Positions 62,152 through 64,000 of a DNA stretch of 64,000 bases are shown here, piece by piece. How positions within the stretch are numbered: position 1 is the stretch's first letter; every line of letters starts with the position of its first letter. Position numbers and translations under genes: made by a program. The DNA comes from Phoronis australis (Eukaryota > Animalia > Phoronida). The stretch lies in contig NMRA01000614.1 in NCBI GenBank assembly GCA_002633005.1, forward strand, positions 138,974 through 202,973. Direction: 5' to 3'. Below the pieces are notes generated by a model. It saw only the letters and a program-made list of their open reading frames with translations. It made no database searches and had not been told where the DNA came from.

Positions 62152-62311
62152 CAGGAGCGGATCCAGGATTTTGAGTTAGGGGGGATAGGACAGAGTATTA
62201 GCCAGGATTTTGCCTGTAAGACATTCGCAACCCCGAAGTGTCAAATGGAATATGGGAGAATTTTAGGGGGGGCATGGCCCCCTTGTCCCCACCCCCTTAA
62301 ATCCACCAGTG
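62152..62311. mobile_element. GC-rich MITE of the same subfamily as 28434-28592
   Basis: CAGGAGCGGATCCAGGATTTT ... AAATCCACCAGTG; imperfect TSD tcatg/taatg. Confidence 0.75.
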
Positions 62312-64000
62312 TAATGTACTTTTACCTATCTTAATTTGTGTTCTTGTGACCACCTACCTTATCCTCTCCAAAAACACAATTGAGACAAGGTATGGTCTTC
62401 CAAACTCTGACGATATACCTCAAAACATTTACACGTTTTGCTGATAATGTGCTTGAATTATTGGATGTTTGGAATTGTTTGTGCCATGTCCTGAGATTAT
62501 CAAGTTTCATATAGTGTAAAGCCATTGGTTATCGCTGTACCACAGTTAATCCTTATTTACTGTAAGTGTGGTAACGGTAACTACTTCTGGTCTGTGATGA
62601 CGCAATTGGAATCCGTAGTTACTTTAAAACAGCTTCATGTCACAGTCCCTATGTTCCTCTATATATGTTCAAATATTTTTACAGTTGTAGAACTAATTGT
62701 TTTTACACATTGCTTTAGTCTCGGATTAGTGTTTTACGTAATGTGTATTTAGTTGGCGTTAGGGTATCGATGGATTTTCTCAATTAGTTTCATCTAGTAG
62801 CCATGGCAACGTTTCTTTTTCAGTTTTGAATACAATATGGCTGAACAGTGAAAAATTAATTTATCAAAATTTTCAACAAAAGTGAACAGGAACAAAACGA
62901 TACTTCATCAAAAAGCATTCGATGAAGTTTGACTATTTTTTTGACTGTGTAGTAAGCTGTTGGATGTTGAAAAAATTATGATTTCGGCAATTATTTTTGT
63001 TCAAATTTTAGGAAACTTTACTGTAGATTCCACAACATTTTGTCTTCCGAATGATTATATCAATTATGACAGAATCTTTTCTGGTAAATTTTCATTGAAT
63101 CGAATTGCTAAGCAGTTTATGCATAACGTAGGGGTCCAATACTGTGAAAACACCCAGATGTCCTCAAACTTTTCACTAATGCTCCAAGCTATACCCTTTA
63201 CACTTTAGTGGCGCCACCTTTATGAATCTTTCCCGTCTGTGATTGGCACGGGCCTGTCTGGTCTTGTGGATTGTTGTCTATCACAAAGACTGTTGGCAGT
63301 AAATGTTGGCAAAGTTGTTTTAGCCTGCTGAGTGGCGTCATGACGACACTTTTTGGCACAGACAGGTGTCTCTGACCTTAGCTACAGTTCACGCTTTGTT
63401 GCATCTAGTGAATTACAGGAATGCAGTGCACTCATCCATCACTCATTGGTTTTTGGCATTTTTTAGTCTGCATATTGCCTGTGTGCATATTTCTAACTCA
63501 GTGCTTGTATTAACTTGCCGCTGGTAACAAGTATGACATATTTTATTGTGTGGTAGGATACTCACTCAGTAGGTGACTTACAAGTCTGGAGGGTGTGTTT
63601 ACAGGGTAGGATATTAAGCTTAGTTAGAAAGTTATGTGGTAAATAACGTCTGCTCAAACGTAACCACTGTGTGTTAATTGTACTTTCTTATTTAAAAATA
63701 ACTGAATTGGAATGCAATTGTTAAATTTTAGTATTGCATTTTAAAGAACTGGTTATGACACATGAGGATATGGAATTGCCAAGTTTCAATTAAGGCGAAA
63801 AGTTAGGTATAGTAGACAGTATGTTTATTATTAATATGCTTTGTTTTGTCTCTTTTTCTGGTTTCCAAAGTGTTCAGTCATAATTATTTGCTATTTATGA
63901 ATCAAGTCCTGCATTAGAGATAAGCAACTTCTACGAATGTGGTCCAAAGTTGACTAGTTCAGTTGTGCTTTTTATTTTGTATTGAAATGAATCAAATTTG

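Overview
Intron-rich, AT-rich animal genomic DNA, probably from an invertebrate (taxon not determinable); one N-gap at 42214-42981. Two multi-exon genes converge tail to tail. (1) + strand: an Erg/KCNH-family K+ channel, 10 reconstructed coding exons at 23442-40267 (852 codons with stop; N-terminal exons not found). Its pore carries the equivalents of hERG S620T and S631A, plus Y652S. (2) - strand: a 14-exon, ~680-aa gene at 44659-58836, largely invisible in the ORF track. It encodes two tandem RlaP/YcgL-type Pol-beta nucleotidyltransferase domains, the first apparently dead and the second with an intact GS...DVD motif; this is the most unusual feature. A probable bidirectional promoter and a divergent gene start lie near 61.2-61.65 kb. 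Introns and intergenic DNA hold a 5'-truncated Penelope-like element with a U3-A8 hammerhead-like motif, three THAP-domain relics, a decayed ORF at 4.7-6.8 kb, MITE families with 5-bp TSDs or TTAA ends, foldback elements, tRNA-derived repeats and minisatellites. All gene models were assembled by hand from splice sites and phase, without database searches.
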